Made by a program: the position numbers and the translations under genes | The notes under the pieces: model-generated | The model's database searches: none | What the model was told of the DNA's origin: nothing | The model's input: only the letters and a program-made list of their open reading frames with translations | Assembly: GCA_963662945.1 (NCBI GenBank) | Contig: OY759974.1 | Span: 1 to 64,000 of the forward strand | DNA length: 64,000 nucleotides | Origin: Arcobacteraceae bacterium | GTDB lineage: Bacteria; Campylobacterota; Campylobacteria; Campylobacterales; Arcobacteraceae | Direction of reading: 5' to 3' | In this document: in pieces, positions 9,303-20,676 of the stretch | Layout: every line of letters begins with the position of its first letter | Numbering within the stretch: the stretch's first letter is position 1

Positions 9303-10571
9303 TTACTTTTCCTTATCTCTAGTGATATTTGCACCTAGATTTGTTAATTTCTCTTCAAGTTTATCATATCCTCTATCAAGATGATAAATTCTATGAATAT
9401 TTGTTTCTCCATCTGCTACAAGAGCTGCTAGGACTAAAGCACTACTTGCTCTTAAATCTGTAGCCATCACATCCGTGCCATACAGTCCTTTGGGAGTTCC
9501 TTTTATATTTGCAACTGTTCCATTGAGTGTGATATCTGCACCCATTCTTATAAGTTCACTTACATGCATAAATCTATTTTCAAATAGTTTTTCATCAATA
9601 ATACTTACACCATCTGCCATAGTAGCAAGTGCCATAAACTGAGCTTGCATATCAGTTGGAAACCCAGGATATTCTGTAGTTGTTATATTGACAGTTTTTA
9701 CCTTATTAGCAGGTAAGACGGTAATACTATTTTTATCAATTAGTATAGAAAATCCCATCTCTTCTAATTTTGACAATACAGCTTCTAAATGCGATGGTTC
9801 TACATTTTCTACTTTGAGTATTGAATTTGTAATAGCACCAGCACAAAGATACGTTCCAGCTTCTATTCTATCTGGAATAATTGCAAAATCTTTAAAAGCT
9901 AATAGTTTTTTGTTGGAACCCACTATTTTTAGTGTATTTGTACCTATCCCATCAATTTGTAAACCAGCATCTTGTAAAACTTCACATAACTGTACAACTT
10001 CAGGTTCCCGAGCTGCATTAATAATAGTTGTAACACCATTTGCAAGTGCAGCTGCCATAACAATATTTTCAGTTCCTGTTACAGTAATCTTGTCAAATAC
10101 TATCGTTGCACCTTTTAGTCCATTGGGTGCTTTTGCTTCTATATATCCATTTTTAATCTCAATAGTTGCTCCCATTTGTTCCAGAGCTTTTAAATGTAAA
10201 TCAACAGGTCGTTGCCCTATAGCACAACCACCTGGTAATGATACTTCACAATGACCAAACCTAGTTAATAAAGGGCCTAGAACTAATATAGAAGCTCTCA
10301 TAGTTTTAACTATATCATAAGTTGCTTTTGTTTGATTTATTGTAGTTGAATCTATATGTAAAACAGCGTTGTTTTTACTATATGTTGAACCTAACATTCC
10401 TAAAAGTTTTAGAAGTGTATTGATATCCACTACATCTGGTAAATTTGAAATATTTATGCTATTTGAAGATAAAATAGTAGAAGCCAAAAGAGGTAGAGCA
10501 GCATTTTTTGCCCCACTTATTTTTACACTACCACTTAATTTCTTTTTACCTATTACTTTTAAATAATCCAA
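9303..10571 (-). CDS. murA: UDP-N-acetylglucosamine 1-carboxyvinyltransferase
   Basis: [33 protein letters not shown]; likely TTG start at 10571 after RBS AAGGA. Confidence 0.97.
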   Translation of the reverse strand: MDYLKVIGKKKLSGSVKISGAKNAALPLLASTILSSNSINISNLPDVVDINTLLKLLGMLGSTYSKNNAVLHIDSTTINQTKATYDIVKTMRASILVLGPLLTRFGHCEVSLPGGCAIGQRPVDLHLKALEQMGATIEIKNGYIEAKAPNGLKGATIVFDKITVTGTENIVMAAALANGVTTIINAAREPEVVQLCEVLQDAGLQIDGIGTNTLKIVGSNKKLLAFKDFAIIPDRIEAGTYLCAGAITNSILKVENVEPSHLEAVLSKLEEMGFSILIDKNSITVLPANKVKTVNITTTEYPGFPTDMQAQFMALATMADGVSIIDEKLFENRFMHVSELIRMGADITLNGTVANIKGTPKGLYGTDVMATDLRASSALVLAALVADGETNIHRIYHLDRGYDKLEEKLTNLGANITRDKEK

Positions 10572-10633
10572 CTGATGCTTCCTTTTTGAAAAAATAGCCA
10601 ATATTATATCTATAAAATGCTATAATCTCCTTT

Positions 10634-11470
10634 ATGAGTCAAATAAAAAATAAAGAACAATATTTTATAAATCAATTTACAAAATCTAAATTTATTGGTG
10701 ATGATGGTGCCGTTGTAGGAAAATATGTCTATAGTATGGATGCTTTTTTTGAAAATGTTCATTTTAAAACTTCTTGGATGAATCTAAAACAAATAGCAGA
10801 GAAAGCAATGTTAATAAATATTAGTGATGCTATTGTTATGAATGCAAAGCCAAAATATGCACTCTTAAGTGTTGCTATCCCTTCTTCTTATGGGAAAAAA
10901 GAGTTAGATGAGTTAGCAAGTGGTTTTAATAGTGTTGCTCAAAAATTTAATATTGAGATTATTGGAGGAGATACTATTTCAAATGAAAAGCTTGATATTT
11001 CAATAACTATTATTTCAAAAACAAAAAAACCAGTTTTACGAACGGGAACTAAAGTAGATGATTTAGTCTGTTACACAGGAGAGTTAGGAACTGTAAAAAG
11101 GGATTTGGATTTATTATTAAGTGAACAAAAAATCAATAAAAAATCTAAATTTATCAAACCTAAATTAAATCCAAAGTTTTTTTATGAAGTTTCTTCTTAT
11201 ATTAATAGTGCATTAGATATTTCTGATGGATTATTTTTTGAACTGGAAAGATTATCTTTATCTAATAATATTGGTTTTGAATTTTTTACACCAATTTCAA
11301 AGGAAGTTGGATGTAGTGGAGAAGAGTATGAAGTATTGTTTACCTTTGATAAAAAACATATCAATAAAATAAACAAAATAGCAAAAAAACATAATATCCA
11401 ATTAAATATTTTTGCAAAAGTAATTACTGGTGAATTTCATTGTGAATGTGTAAATCACCATTTTAAATAA
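10634..11470 (+). CDS. thiL: Thiamine-monophosphate kinase
   Basis: IGDDGAV, NISD, GGDT, DISDGL, GEEYE motifs. Confidence 0.92.
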   Translation: MSQIKNKEQYFINQFTKSKFIGDDGAVVGKYVYSMDAFFENVHFKTSWMNLKQIAEKAMLINISDAIVMNAKPKYALLSVAIPSSYGKKELDELASGFNSVAQKFNIEIIGGDTISNEKLDISITIISKTKKPVLRTGTKVDDLVCYTGELGTVKRDLDLLLSEQKINKKSKFIKPKLNPKFFYEVSSYINSALDISDGLFFELERLSLSNNIGFEFFTPISKEVGCSGEEYEVLFTFDKKHINKINKIAKKHNIQLNIFAKVITGEFHCECVNHHFK

Positions 11471-11483
11471 ATAAAGAGGAAAA

Positions 11484-12545
11484 ATGATAAAACAATACTA
11501 TTTAAACCATAGTAATATAGATGTATATTTTAAACAAAGTAAAGATGACTTTGTAGTGACAGAATTGCCATTATACGAATTTACAGGAGAGGGTGAACAC
11601 CTTATTTTAAAAATACGAAAAAAAGATTTAGCTACTTGGGATATGTTACAAATACTTTCTGATTATACAGGTGTAAAGACAAGAGATATAGGTTATGCAG
11701 GATTAAAAGATAAGAATGCTATGACTATTCAGTATATTTCAGTACATAGAAGTTATGAAGAGGTTTTAGATAAGTTTGAACATCCTCAAATAAAAATCTT
11801 AGAAAAAACATATCACAACAACAAGATAAGAATAGGGCACTTAAAAGGAAACCATTTTTTTATACGATTAAAACGTGTACAACCACTTCATAAAATGAAA
11901 CTAGAATCTGCACTAAAAGAGATAGCAACACTTGGTATGCCGAATTATTTTGGATTTCAACGATTTGGACTAGATGGGGATAATTATAAAAAAGGGGAAG
12001 CCCTTATTTCTGGTACTTTAAAGGTACGAGATCGAAAATTAAGACAGATGTATATTAATGCATATCAATCATATTTATTTAACTCTTGGTTAAGTAAGAG
12101 AATAGAGATAAGTAAAATTATCGATAATTTTGAAGCAAATGAGATAAGTGATAAACTAGGACTTAGTGTAGAAATAATTAAAGAGATACAAAAACAAAAA
12201 CACCCATTTAAAGTTTTAAAAGGGGATGTTTTTAGTCATTATCCTTATGGAAAAATATTTCATATTGAAAATTTAGAAGAGGAAGCAGAAAAGTTTTATC
12301 AAAGAGATAGAGTACCTACAGGATTACTAAGTGGTAAAAAAACAAAATTAGCTATAGATGATGCTTTAAAATTTGAAGAAGAATTTATCAAAGAAACAAA
12401 AGAAGATGGTTCAAGAAGGTTTGCTTGGATTTTCCCATCGGAAATTAGTAGTGAATACAAAGAGGAAAAAGCTTGGTTTGAGCTTAATTTTGAGTTACCA
12501 AAAGGAAGCTATGCTACAGAGTTTATTAGTGAATTAATTCACTAA
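11484..12545 (+). CDS. truD: tRNA pseudouridine(13) synthase
   Basis: DFVVTE, GEGEH, YAGLKDKNA, PNYFGFQRFG, FELPKGSYAT. Confidence 0.96.
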   Translation: MIKQYYLNHSNIDVYFKQSKDDFVVTELPLYEFTGEGEHLILKIRKKDLATWDMLQILSDYTGVKTRDIGYAGLKDKNAMTIQYISVHRSYEEVLDKFEHPQIKILEKTYHNNKIRIGHLKGNHFFIRLKRVQPLHKMKLESALKEIATLGMPNYFGFQRFGLDGDNYKKGEALISGTLKVRDRKLRQMYINAYQSYLFNSWLSKRIEISKIIDNFEANEISDKLGLSVEIIKEIQKQKHPFKVLKGDVFSHYPYGKIFHIENLEEEAEKFYQRDRVPTGLLSGKKTKLAIDDALKFEEEFIKETKEDGSRRFAWIFPSEISSEYKEEKAWFELNFELPKGSYATEFISELIH

Positions 12546-12553
12546 TATCCTTT

Positions 12554-12913
12554 TTATGCATTTGCAGCAGCAATTAGTGCAGCTAATTCATCCTCATCTA
12601 CAAGTTCACTATCATTTGTATCACCAGTAATATGTTTTGCACTTTGTGCGAATTTACCATTTTCTGGGTCAATTGTATTTACAACTCTTTCTATTTTTTG
12701 TCTATGAGCATCTTGTGCTTGCATTGATTCTAAAGTAATGAAAATATTATTTCTAATAGAATCTATATCACTAGCTAAATTATTGCTAGATTCAAGAATA
12801 TTTAATTTCTCTAAGATAATATCTAGATGATCCATAACTTCATTTGCCATCTTTTCTGATTCTTCAATTACTTCACATAATTGAGAAACAATATCTATAT
12901 TTTCTATTTTCAT
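12554..12913 (-). CDS. Short CheZ-like chemotaxis phosphatase (epsilon type)
   Basis: MQAQDAHRQKIERV (DxxxQ) plus acidic C-terminal helix VDEDELAALIA; coupled to the upstream MCP. Confidence 0.75.
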   Translation of the reverse strand: MKIENIDIVSQLCEVIEESEKMANEVMDHLDIILEKLNILESSNNLASDIDSIRNNIFITLESMQAQDAHRQKIERVVNTIDPENGKFAQSAKHITGDTNDSELVDEDELAALIAAANA

Positions 12914-15108
12914 TAATTTTTTCCTTTACATTTTGATTCTTTAATTTTATTTAATGTTCCAAAAATTCTCATTGATTCTATTTCAACTTTTTTAGCAAAA
13001 TCATTAATTACATTGTTAGATGACTTATTTGAACTTGCTTCCATAAGTTGTTTTAAATAAGAATAAAGATTCTTATTCATAGCTTTTAAAGTAACAAAAA
13101 TTTCAGAATCTATTTCTGGATTAGCATTTTCATATTGTTCAAGCCATTCATCAAGAATCTTAAACTCATGAACTTGAGTATCTTCTTCATTTGCAAGTCT
13201 TGCATAGACATCATCTTTATGATTAAAAAGAGCAACTTTTAAATCAGCAATACTATATATTAAGTTTACATCACAAACTTGTGCTCTTGTTTCTTGTAAA
13301 AAGCTTGCTTTTGATGCAGCATTTACAAGATTATTTGACATATCTTCAATGTTATTTGATAAAGTAGAAATATTATTTGCAACATTAGAGTTTTGTTGAG
13401 TTGCTTGATCAAGACTATTTATTGCATCATTGATTTGAATTATAGAATTTTGCTGTTCTTGCGTTGAAGTTGCAACTTCTTTGATAAGTTTTGTTGTATC
13501 TGAAATATTGTCATTAAGTTTTTTATAACCATTTATCATATTAAAAGAAACATCTTTACCATTATTTGCTTTTGCTGTTGCATTTTCTACAAGTAGTTTA
13601 ATCTCATTTGCTGCTTCTGCACTTCTTGAAGCTAAGTTTCTAACCTCTTGAGCAACAACTGCAAATCCTTTTCCAGCTTCTCCAGCTGTTGCTGCTTCAA
13701 CTGCTGCATTTAAAGATAGAATATTTGTTTGGAATGCTATTTGGTCTATTACTTCTATTGCTTCATTAATTGCACTTACTTCATTAACAATCTGCTCCAT
13801 AGCTTCTGAAGTTGATAGTGCTAATTGCTCACCTTCTGAAGCAGATGCAGTAACATCTGATGCAAGCTGTGACATTTTATTTGTATTTTGTGTATTTCCT
13901 TTTATTTTAGAAGTAATATCTTCTAATGCAGCAGCTGTTTCTTCTAGAGATGCTGCTTGTGTATTTGAAGAAGAAGATAAACCAGAAGAAGCATCAGAAA
14001 GAGTATGTGTATTATTATTTAATTGTTCTCCTGTGTTCATAATCATAGCTAAGATTTCAGAAGTATTATTTCCAACCAATTTTATACCTGCAGTTACAGC
14101 TCCTAAATCTCCATAAATTCCTCTATCATCTATTTGGAAATCATATTTTGATTGACTGTAATTTCGTAAAGTAGTATTGATTTTGTCAAGAGTTTCTTTA
14201 ACTTTTTTAATCATAAAGTTTAAATTTGATTTCATAGCTTCTACATGCGGATTTGATGCAGTAGATTTTACTTCATATACAAAAAATCCATTTGCAGTTT
14301 TTTGTAATACATCATTTGTTTCATTAATTACTATTTCATCTTGTTTTAAGTCAGCTTTAACTTTTTCCATATATTTATTAAAAAGTTCTGCAACTTCACC
14401 AATTTCATCTTTGGTTTTAATTTCTAATTTAAAATCATCTTTAAGTTCTGCTGAATCAATTAGGCTTTGGAATCCTTCTTTAAGACCATCAATAGGTTTT
14501 GTTGCACTTCGTACTACATAAAAAATAATACCAATAGTAATCCAACCTAGAATTGTTGATGCAACAATAATATTCATAATAATACTTTTAAGGCTGTCAT
14601 CAGCATCTTTTAAAGAGAAAGTTAAATCCATAATTCCAATAACATCTCCCTCTTTTTGATTAACGTGACACATAAGACATTCTTGTGTTGCAATCATTGG
14701 TTTGATCATTCGTAAATTGTGAGATTTGTCATTTTCTATTTCAATTATATGTTCTTTTTTTGTATTAAATGATTCAATAATATTTGGGTCTTTTGTATAA
14801 GGTGTACTATCTGAATACATTTCCATAAGAGCTTTACTTTTTGCTATTGTTAAATTTTGTACACCTTTAATAGAACGTGCCTCTTCTTCAGCTTTTTTAA
14901 TTTGTACAGGATCTCCAGTATTCATAGCATTTCTCAGACTTTGAAACATAGCACTATTAAGCATTTCCAAATTACTTTTTGTTTTGATAATATTGTCTTC
15001 ACTTACTTTTGTTACCGTGGAAAATAAAACAGCCATACTACTAAGTGTCATAAGTATAAACATCCAAAATATTATTTTAGTACTAATCTTTTTATTTATA
15101 TAATTCAA
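12913..15108 (-). CDS. Methyl-accepting chemotaxis protein with periplasmic CxxCH sensor, HAMP, signalling domain and C-terminal CZB-like extension
   Basis: Two TMs, [53 protein letters not shown]. Confidence 0.93.
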   Translation of the reverse strand: MNYINKKISTKIIFWMFILMTLSSMAVLFSTVTKVSEDNIIKTKSNLEMLNSAMFQSLRNAMNTGDPVQIKKAEEEARSIKGVQNLTIAKSKALMEMYSDSTPYTKDPNIIESFNTKKEHIIEIENDKSHNLRMIKPMIATQECLMCHVNQKEGDVIGIMDLTFSLKDADDSLKSIIMNIIVASTILGWITIGIIFYVVRSATKPIDGLKEGFQSLIDSAELKDDFKLEIKTKDEIGEVAELFNKYMEKVKADLKQDEIVINETNDVLQKTANGFFVYEVKSTASNPHVEAMKSNLNFMIKKVKETLDKINTTLRNYSQSKYDFQIDDRGIYGDLGAVTAGIKLVGNNTSEILAMIMNTGEQLNNNTHTLSDASSGLSSSSNTQAASLEETAAALEDITSKIKGNTQNTNKMSQLASDVTASASEGEQLALSTSEAMEQIVNEVSAINEAIEVIDQIAFQTNILSLNAAVEAATAGEAGKGFAVVAQEVRNLASRSAEAANEIKLLVENATAKANNGKDVSFNMINGYKKLNDNISDTTKLIKEVATSTQEQQNSIIQINDAINSLDQATQQNSNVANNISTLSNNIEDMSNNLVNAASKASFLQETRAQVCDVNLIYSIADLKVALFNHKDDVYARLANEEDTQVHEFKILDEWLEQYENANPEIDSEIFVTLKAMNKNLYSYLKQLMEASSNKSSNNVINDFAKKVEIESMRIFGTLNKIKESKCKGKN

Positions 15109-15424
15109 GTTACTTCTCCCATTTGATTATGATTTATACTTTTACTATATTAATTATTTTAACATAGTTTCAAGTAACTTTCTGCAGCTTAATTAATTAC
15201 ATAATTGTAATTATGCTTAAAAAAGGTAATAAAATACTAATCACTAACAAATTATTTTCTATTTGTACGATTCCACGCAAATTTTATTTTACAATTATTT
15301 AGTTAAATTTTAGATTTAACTTTAAAGAAATTGTTACTTAAATGAATTAACAAATTATTTGAGTAACTATAAAGTAAATATATGGTATCATAAATGTAAT
15401 AAATGAAATAAGTAAAGATAGTGA

Positions 15425-15985
15425 ATGATAGTAGGAATTGAAGGAAAAATTGAAAAAAAAGACCCCACATTTGTTCATATTAATGTGAATGGTTTAATAT
15501 ATGAGGTATTTGTGTCGGTTAATTGTAGTGCTGCGATTATTAGTGAACAAGTTAAATTGTACACGACACAAATAATAAAAGAAGAGAGTAATAATCTTTA
15601 TGGTTTTTTAGATATTAATGAAAAGAGATTGTTTGATACAGTAATAAAAATCAATGGTGTCGGTCCAAAAGTTGCAATGGCAATTTGCAGTACTTTTACA
15701 CCAACAAGTTTTGCTCAAATTGTTCAAACAAATGATATTGGAATGTTAAAAAGAGTTCCTGGCATTGGACCAAAAGGTGCAAGTAGGATTTTAGTAGAAC
15801 TTAGTGGTTTTGTTGTTTCTTCATCAAATATGGATGGCAGTTTAAATCAAAGTGCTTCTGAAGCTGTCATGGCTTTAGAATCTTTAGGATTTAAGAAAGA
15901 ACAAATCAATAAAGCATTAAGTTCAGCAGTTGCCACTGATACAGCTGGTTTAGTAAAAGAAGCATTAAAAAAATTACAGAAATAG
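15425..15985 (+). CDS. ruvA: Holliday junction branch migration protein RuvA
   Basis: [21 protein letters not shown] HhH motifs, ALESLGF. Confidence 0.96.
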   Translation: MIVGIEGKIEKKDPTFVHINVNGLIYEVFVSVNCSAAIISEQVKLYTTQIIKEESNNLYGFLDINEKRLFDTVIKINGVGPKVAMAICSTFTPTSFAQIVQTNDIGMLKRVPGIGPKGASRILVELSGFVVSSSNMDGSLNQSASEAVMALESLGFKKEQINKALSSAVATDTAGLVKEALKKLQK

Positions 15986-15994
15986 AAATAAAAT

Positions 15995-17044
15995 ATGAGA
16001 AATAATAAAAAAATAGCAATAGTATTTGGTAGTCAGAGTTTTGAACATGAGATAAGTATAGTAAGTGCAATTACAATGAAAAAAGTTTTAAATTGTGAAG
16101 TTATTTATATTTTTATAGATAAAGATAGAGAGTTTTATCTGATACCTACAGATATAATTAAATCAAATCTGTTCAGTAGTGGAGAGTATAAGAAATTTGA
16201 TAAATTACAATTAAACCATGATGGTTTCACAAAAAAGAAGCTATTTGGAAGAGAACAAATTCAATTTGATATCGTCCTAAACCTTGTTCATGGAGGAGAT
16301 GGAGAGGATGGTGTATTAGCAGGATTATTTAAATTTTACAACATACCATTTATAGGTCCAAGAGTAGAAGCAAGTGTTGTAAGTTGTAACAAATATTTGA
16401 CAAAATCTTATGCCTATAGTTGTGGAATTAAAACCATAGATTTTCAATATTTCACAAAAAATGATACAATAACTGTAGACAAATTTCCAGTAATTATTAA
16501 GCCAGTAAGATTGGGAAGTAGTATAGGAGTTTCTATTGTTAATAATAAAGAGGAATTAGATTATGCACTTGATGTGGCTTTTGAGTTTGATAATGAAATA
16601 ATTATTGAACCATTTTGTGCAGGAATTAAGGAATACAATCTCGCTGGAACAAAAATTGGAAGTGAATATGTACTTTCGATTATAGAAGAGCCACAAAAAG
16701 AGGAGTTTTTAGATTTTGATAAAAAGTATTTAGATTTCAACAGAACACAAAGTGTTTCTCATGCTCAAATTACCTCTTCAATAGAAGAAAAGATTAAGGA
16801 GAGTTTTATAAAAATTTACAATACATTTTTTGAAGGAGCATTAATTAGATGTGATTTTTTTATTTTAGATGATGAAGTGTATCTTAATGAAATCAATCCA
16901 ATACCAGGGAGTATGTCAAATTATCTTTTTGATGACTTTAATACAGTATTAAGTCAGTTATCAATTAATTTACCAACAAATAAAAGAATAAATATAAATT
17001 ATGAATATGTAAATAAAATACAAAGTGCAAAAGGAAAGGCCTAG
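15995..17044 (+). CDS. ddl: D-alanine--D-alanine ligase
   Basis: FGSQSFEHEIS, HGGDGEDG, KPVRLGSSIG, NEINPIPGS. Confidence 0.95.
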   Translation: MRNNKKIAIVFGSQSFEHEISIVSAITMKKVLNCEVIYIFIDKDREFYLIPTDIIKSNLFSSGEYKKFDKLQLNHDGFTKKKLFGREQIQFDIVLNLVHGGDGEDGVLAGLFKFYNIPFIGPRVEASVVSCNKYLTKSYAYSCGIKTIDFQYFTKNDTITVDKFPVIIKPVRLGSSIGVSIVNNKEELDYALDVAFEFDNEIIIEPFCAGIKEYNLAGTKIGSEYVLSIIEEPQKEEFLDFDKKYLDFNRTQSVSHAQITSSIEEKIKESFIKIYNTFFEGALIRCDFFILDDEVYLNEINPIPGSMSNYLFDDFNTVLSQLSINLPTNKRININYEYVNKIQSAKGKA

Positions 17045-17045
17045 T

Positions 17046-18074
17046 ATGAAAAATATAAATTTAGAATTATCAGATTTAAAAGAATTATATGATTATATTA
17101 GTGAAGCTATAGTTATAGTAGATGCAAAACATGATATTGTTCTTATGAATAAGATAGCTTTAAAAAAGTTTGAAACAACACAAGAGGATATTTTGTATAA
17201 AAATATTGCTGAGTTAATACCTGTTGACTATCAAGACGATATATTTAAAACAATGGCAAATCAAGATAACAGTTATTATGATATATTTTTAAAAAAGTAT
17301 AGTGATCATAGTTTATTTCCAGCATTTGTGAGTGGACAAGCATTTCCTTTAAAAGATGGTGTGTATAGCATATTAACTATTGTTGATGTTACTGAATTAA
17401 AAGAGAAAGAGCAACAAAAAGTTAAACAATTAAAATCTCATATTATTACACAGGCGACTACTCATGCGCAAAAAGCAAGTGAAATAAAAGGGCAAAATAC
17501 TACCGAGATAATTGCATTACAAGAAGAATTAGATCATGCAAAACATGAAATTTTTAAGCTTGAAAGAAAAATCACACTTTTTGAAAGAGAAAACCATATA
17601 TTAAATGGACAATGTGAAAAAATACAAGAAAATTCTTTTAGTTTTGAACAAGTACTTGACAGAGAAATAGCTTTAGGAAAAAGATATGGTAGAAAGTTTT
17701 CATTAGCTATTGTAGGAATTGATGATTATAAAACATTCTCAGAACAAGTAAATAGTGAAGCAAAAAAAGAATTGATATTACGAGCATTTAAAAAACACTT
17801 TAGAAGTACAATTCGAACCACTGATGTTATCTATTATGAAAATAGTGGACTTTTTTATATGATTTTACCAAATTCTAACGATGTAAATATTACAGATTTA
17901 GTAAATAGACTATTGCATGCTAAAAAAATTGATACTAAAATAATTGTAAGATTTAATTGTGGTATAGCTCACTTTTATGAACAAGATACGAGAGAACATT
18001 TATTATATAGAGCAAGAAAAAATTTAGAAGAAAATATTAAAGAGAATAATAATTATGTCATTAGAGGTAAGTAA
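17046..18074 (+). CDS. PAS + coiled coil + degenerate GGDEF-like domain protein
   Basis: PAS (EAIVIVD..MNK); C-terminal FSLAIVGIDDYK...IRTTD..YYENSGLF...LLYRA with no GG(D/E)EF. Confidence 0.75.
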   Translation: MKNINLELSDLKELYDYISEAIVIVDAKHDIVLMNKIALKKFETTQEDILYKNIAELIPVDYQDDIFKTMANQDNSYYDIFLKKYSDHSLFPAFVSGQAFPLKDGVYSILTIVDVTELKEKEQQKVKQLKSHIITQATTHAQKASEIKGQNTTEIIALQEELDHAKHEIFKLERKITLFERENHILNGQCEKIQENSFSFEQVLDREIALGKRYGRKFSLAIVGIDDYKTFSEQVNSEAKKELILRAFKKHFRSTIRTTDVIYYENSGLFYMILPNSNDVNITDLVNRLLHAKKIDTKIIVRFNCGIAHFYEQDTREHLLYRARKNLEENIKENNNYVIRGK

Positions 18075-18834
18075 AAAAATAACAAAACTTGTAGGTCAAA
18101 TAAATGCAAAGTATGGCTTAATCAAGGAGGGTGATAGGGTTTTAGTAGGTTTTAGTGGAGGAAAAGATTCTTTAACACTACTTCATACCCTTAAAAGAAT
18201 GCAAAGACACGCTCCTTTTAAGTTTGATTTTAAAGCAGTAACTATCACTTATGGTATGGGTGAAAATGTTCAGTTTTTAAGTGAACATTGTAAGGAACAT
18301 AATATTGATCATGAAATCGTAGATACTAATATATTTGATATCTCAGTTGAAAAAGTGAGAAAAAACAGCTCATTGTGTAGCTTGATATCTAGAATGAGAA
18401 GAGGATATCTTTATACACATGCACTTGATAATGGATTTAATAAACTTGCTCTTGGGCATCACTTAGATGATTCTATGGAAAGTTTTTTTATGAACTTTTT
18501 TTATAATGGTGTTATGAGAGCTATGCCCCCAATTTATAGAGCAGAGAATGGATTAATGGTAATAAGACCTCTTATTATGTGCAGAGAAAGACAACTTAGA
18601 GCATTTGCATTAGAGAATGAAATCAACGTTATAGGTGATGAGGGTTGTCCTGGTATGCGGTTAGATGAAAAACAAAGGGAATATATGAAAATGCCTTATG
18701 CTAGAGCAAATACGAAAAAACTTTTAGAAACATTAGAAGCAGAAAATCCAAAGATTTTTGTTTCCATGAGAGCAGCATTTGAAAATTTCCATCCAAATAC
18801 TTTTTTTAGTAAAGATGATTTAGATAAAGAGTAG
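18055..18834 (+). CDS. ttcA: tRNA 2-thiocytidine biosynthesis TtcA-family PP-loop ATPase
   Basis: SGGKDS, SRMRRG, LGHHLDD, VIRPL. Confidence 0.88.
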   Translation: MSLEVSKKITKLVGQINAKYGLIKEGDRVLVGFSGGKDSLTLLHTLKRMQRHAPFKFDFKAVTITYGMGENVQFLSEHCKEHNIDHEIVDTNIFDISVEKVRKNSSLCSLISRMRRGYLYTHALDNGFNKLALGHHLDDSMESFFMNFFYNGVMRAMPPIYRAENGLMVIRPLIMCRERQLRAFALENEINVIGDEGCPGMRLDEKQREYMKMPYARANTKKLLETLEAENPKIFVSMRAAFENFHPNTFFSKDDLDKE

Positions 18835-18850
18835 TTTTTGTAAACTATCT

Positions 18851-20110
18851 CTAAATCTCTTTCCCATCCCAAAATATAATCTTATTTCGACCAGTTTTTT
18901 TCGCTTTATAGAGTAGTTTGTCAGCTTTATTAATTGTCTCTAAAATAGAACTGTTTTCACTTCTTATTTGTATTCCTGCACTAAAAGTAATTGCCAGTTT
19001 GTGTTTTTTATAAACAAATTTATTTTTTGTAATAACACTTTTAATACGAGATACATACTTATCTAATTCACTTTTATTGTTATAGTGTAGTGCAACAACA
19101 AACTCTTCTCCACCATATCGTCCTACAATATCAATATCTCTTGTAAGTTTTAACAAAAGAGCAGAAAATGTTTTTAAAACAATATCCCCACACTCATGTC
19201 CATAGGTATCATTAACACTTTTGAAATGATCAATATCAAAAAAGATAATAGCGTAGTTTTGACCTTTTCTAGTAAATTCATTTTCAAACTTTTTGATCTC
19301 TTCTTCATAAGTTTTTCGATTTAATGTACCCGTTAAAAAATCTTTTGTGCTTCGAAGTTTTGCATCCGCTAATTCTCTTTCTAATGTTTTCACTTTATTT
19401 TCTAAAATGATAACTTCATTTTTTCCATTTTCTAAGTTTTTACTAACACTAGTCATCTCATTTTCTATAGTAATAGCTGCTTGAACAAGTTTTGTTTGAA
19501 GTTGATTCAGTTCATCTTTAGTTGAACCTGAGATTCTAATTGATTGTAATTCATCTTTAATATCAGATACACTACTAGAACCATATTTACTGCTATCAAT
19601 TGCATCACTAAGGTATTTATTCATAAGACTAATTAGTCTTGCTATATCAGCAGTTTTTTGTGCAACTATTTTTTTATCAACTTCAAATCTTTTCTCAATA
19701 AATTTTTCCATCTCTTGTTGAATAGATTCTTCAAAAATTAATGATGGTGAGTCACCTATTTTAATACAAAATGATTGTAAATCATCATCAATACTTAAAG
19801 ATATAGAAGGTTGCAGGGAAGTTTGCATAAGTTCAGACATTTTAGAGATATTTTTTTTCGGAGCTCTTAAAAGTAATATTTCAATAATATCATAAATAGA
19901 TTCAACCTCTTTTACACTACTTTGGACTAACTCTTCTTTAGAAATTTTATTTAAAAGTTCTTTAAAATATTCACATTCAGTCTGTGATAAGTTTAATTCT
20001 TTGGCTACTTTGCAGTATTCTTTTGAATACTCTGCAGGAGTTATATCTTTGCCAACTTTAGTAAGGTTTATAAGTGCTTGTTTAGAAACCTGTGCGATTG
20101 AATCAGCCAT
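18851..20110 (-). CDS. Diguanylate cyclase (helical N-terminus)
   Basis: DFLTGTLNR, DIDHFKSVNDTYGH, RDID, RYGGEEF. Confidence 0.92.
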   Translation of the reverse strand: MADSIAQVSKQALINLTKVGKDITPAEYSKEYCKVAKELNLSQTECEYFKELLNKISKEELVQSSVKEVESIYDIIEILLLRAPKKNISKMSELMQTSLQPSISLSIDDDLQSFCIKIGDSPSLIFEESIQQEMEKFIEKRFEVDKKIVAQKTADIARLISLMNKYLSDAIDSSKYGSSSVSDIKDELQSIRISGSTKDELNQLQTKLVQAAITIENEMTSVSKNLENGKNEVIILENKVKTLERELADAKLRSTKDFLTGTLNRKTYEEEIKKFENEFTRKGQNYAIIFFDIDHFKSVNDTYGHECGDIVLKTFSALLLKLTRDIDIVGRYGGEEFVVALHYNNKSELDKYVSRIKSVITKNKFVYKKHKLAITFSAGIQIRSENSSILETINKADKLLYKAKKTGRNKIIFWDGKEI

Positions 20111-20113
20111 AAG

Positions 20114-20557
20114 TTATCCTAAGAGTTTTTTTACCATTTCATTGATTCTTTTTCCATCAGCACTTCCACCAATTTTTTCTTTTGCTGGATTCATAATTTT
20201 ACCCATATCTTTCATACTTGTTGCACCAACTTCAGTAATAAGTGATTTTATGATAGCTTCAAGTTCATCATCGTTCAGTTGTTTTGGTAAATAAAGTGAA
20301 AATATATCAATCTGATCTTGTTCATTTTTTACAAGATCATCTCTTGAAGCTTCTTTAAATTGAAGAATTGCTTCTTCTCTTTGTTTTATACCTTTTTGAA
20401 TAAGTTTTATTACATCTTCATCAACTAGATCAATTCTTTGATCAACTTCAATTTGTTTAATCATTGTATTTATTGCTCTTATAGTATCTCTTTTAAGGAT
20501 ATCTTTTGTTCTCATAGCTTCTTTTAAGTCTGATTTTAATTGTTCTTTTAGTGACAT
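20114..20557 (-). CDS. GatB/YqeY domain protein
   Basis: LKEQLKSDLKEAM, YLPKQL, GATSMKDMGK, ADGK. Confidence 0.93.
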   Translation of the reverse strand: MSLKEQLKSDLKEAMRTKDILKRDTIRAINTMIKQIEVDQRIDLVDEDVIKLIQKGIKQREEAILQFKEASRDDLVKNEQDQIDIFSLYLPKQLNDDELEAIIKSLITEVGATSMKDMGKIMNPAKEKIGGSADGKRINEMVKKLLG

Positions 20558-20676
20558 CTATTTTCCCTCAATATAATAATATATATGATTATACCAAATC
20601 TAATATAGAGGTGTCCTTAATGTTAATCATTTTAATGATAAAATAGAAAAATCAAAATAAATTTTAAGGAGAATGT

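Noticed and set aside
18370-18400. TtcA with a broken CxxC (CSLI)
   Set aside because: To my knowledge a single Cys here is usual for Campylobacterota homologs; not evidence of a pseudogene.
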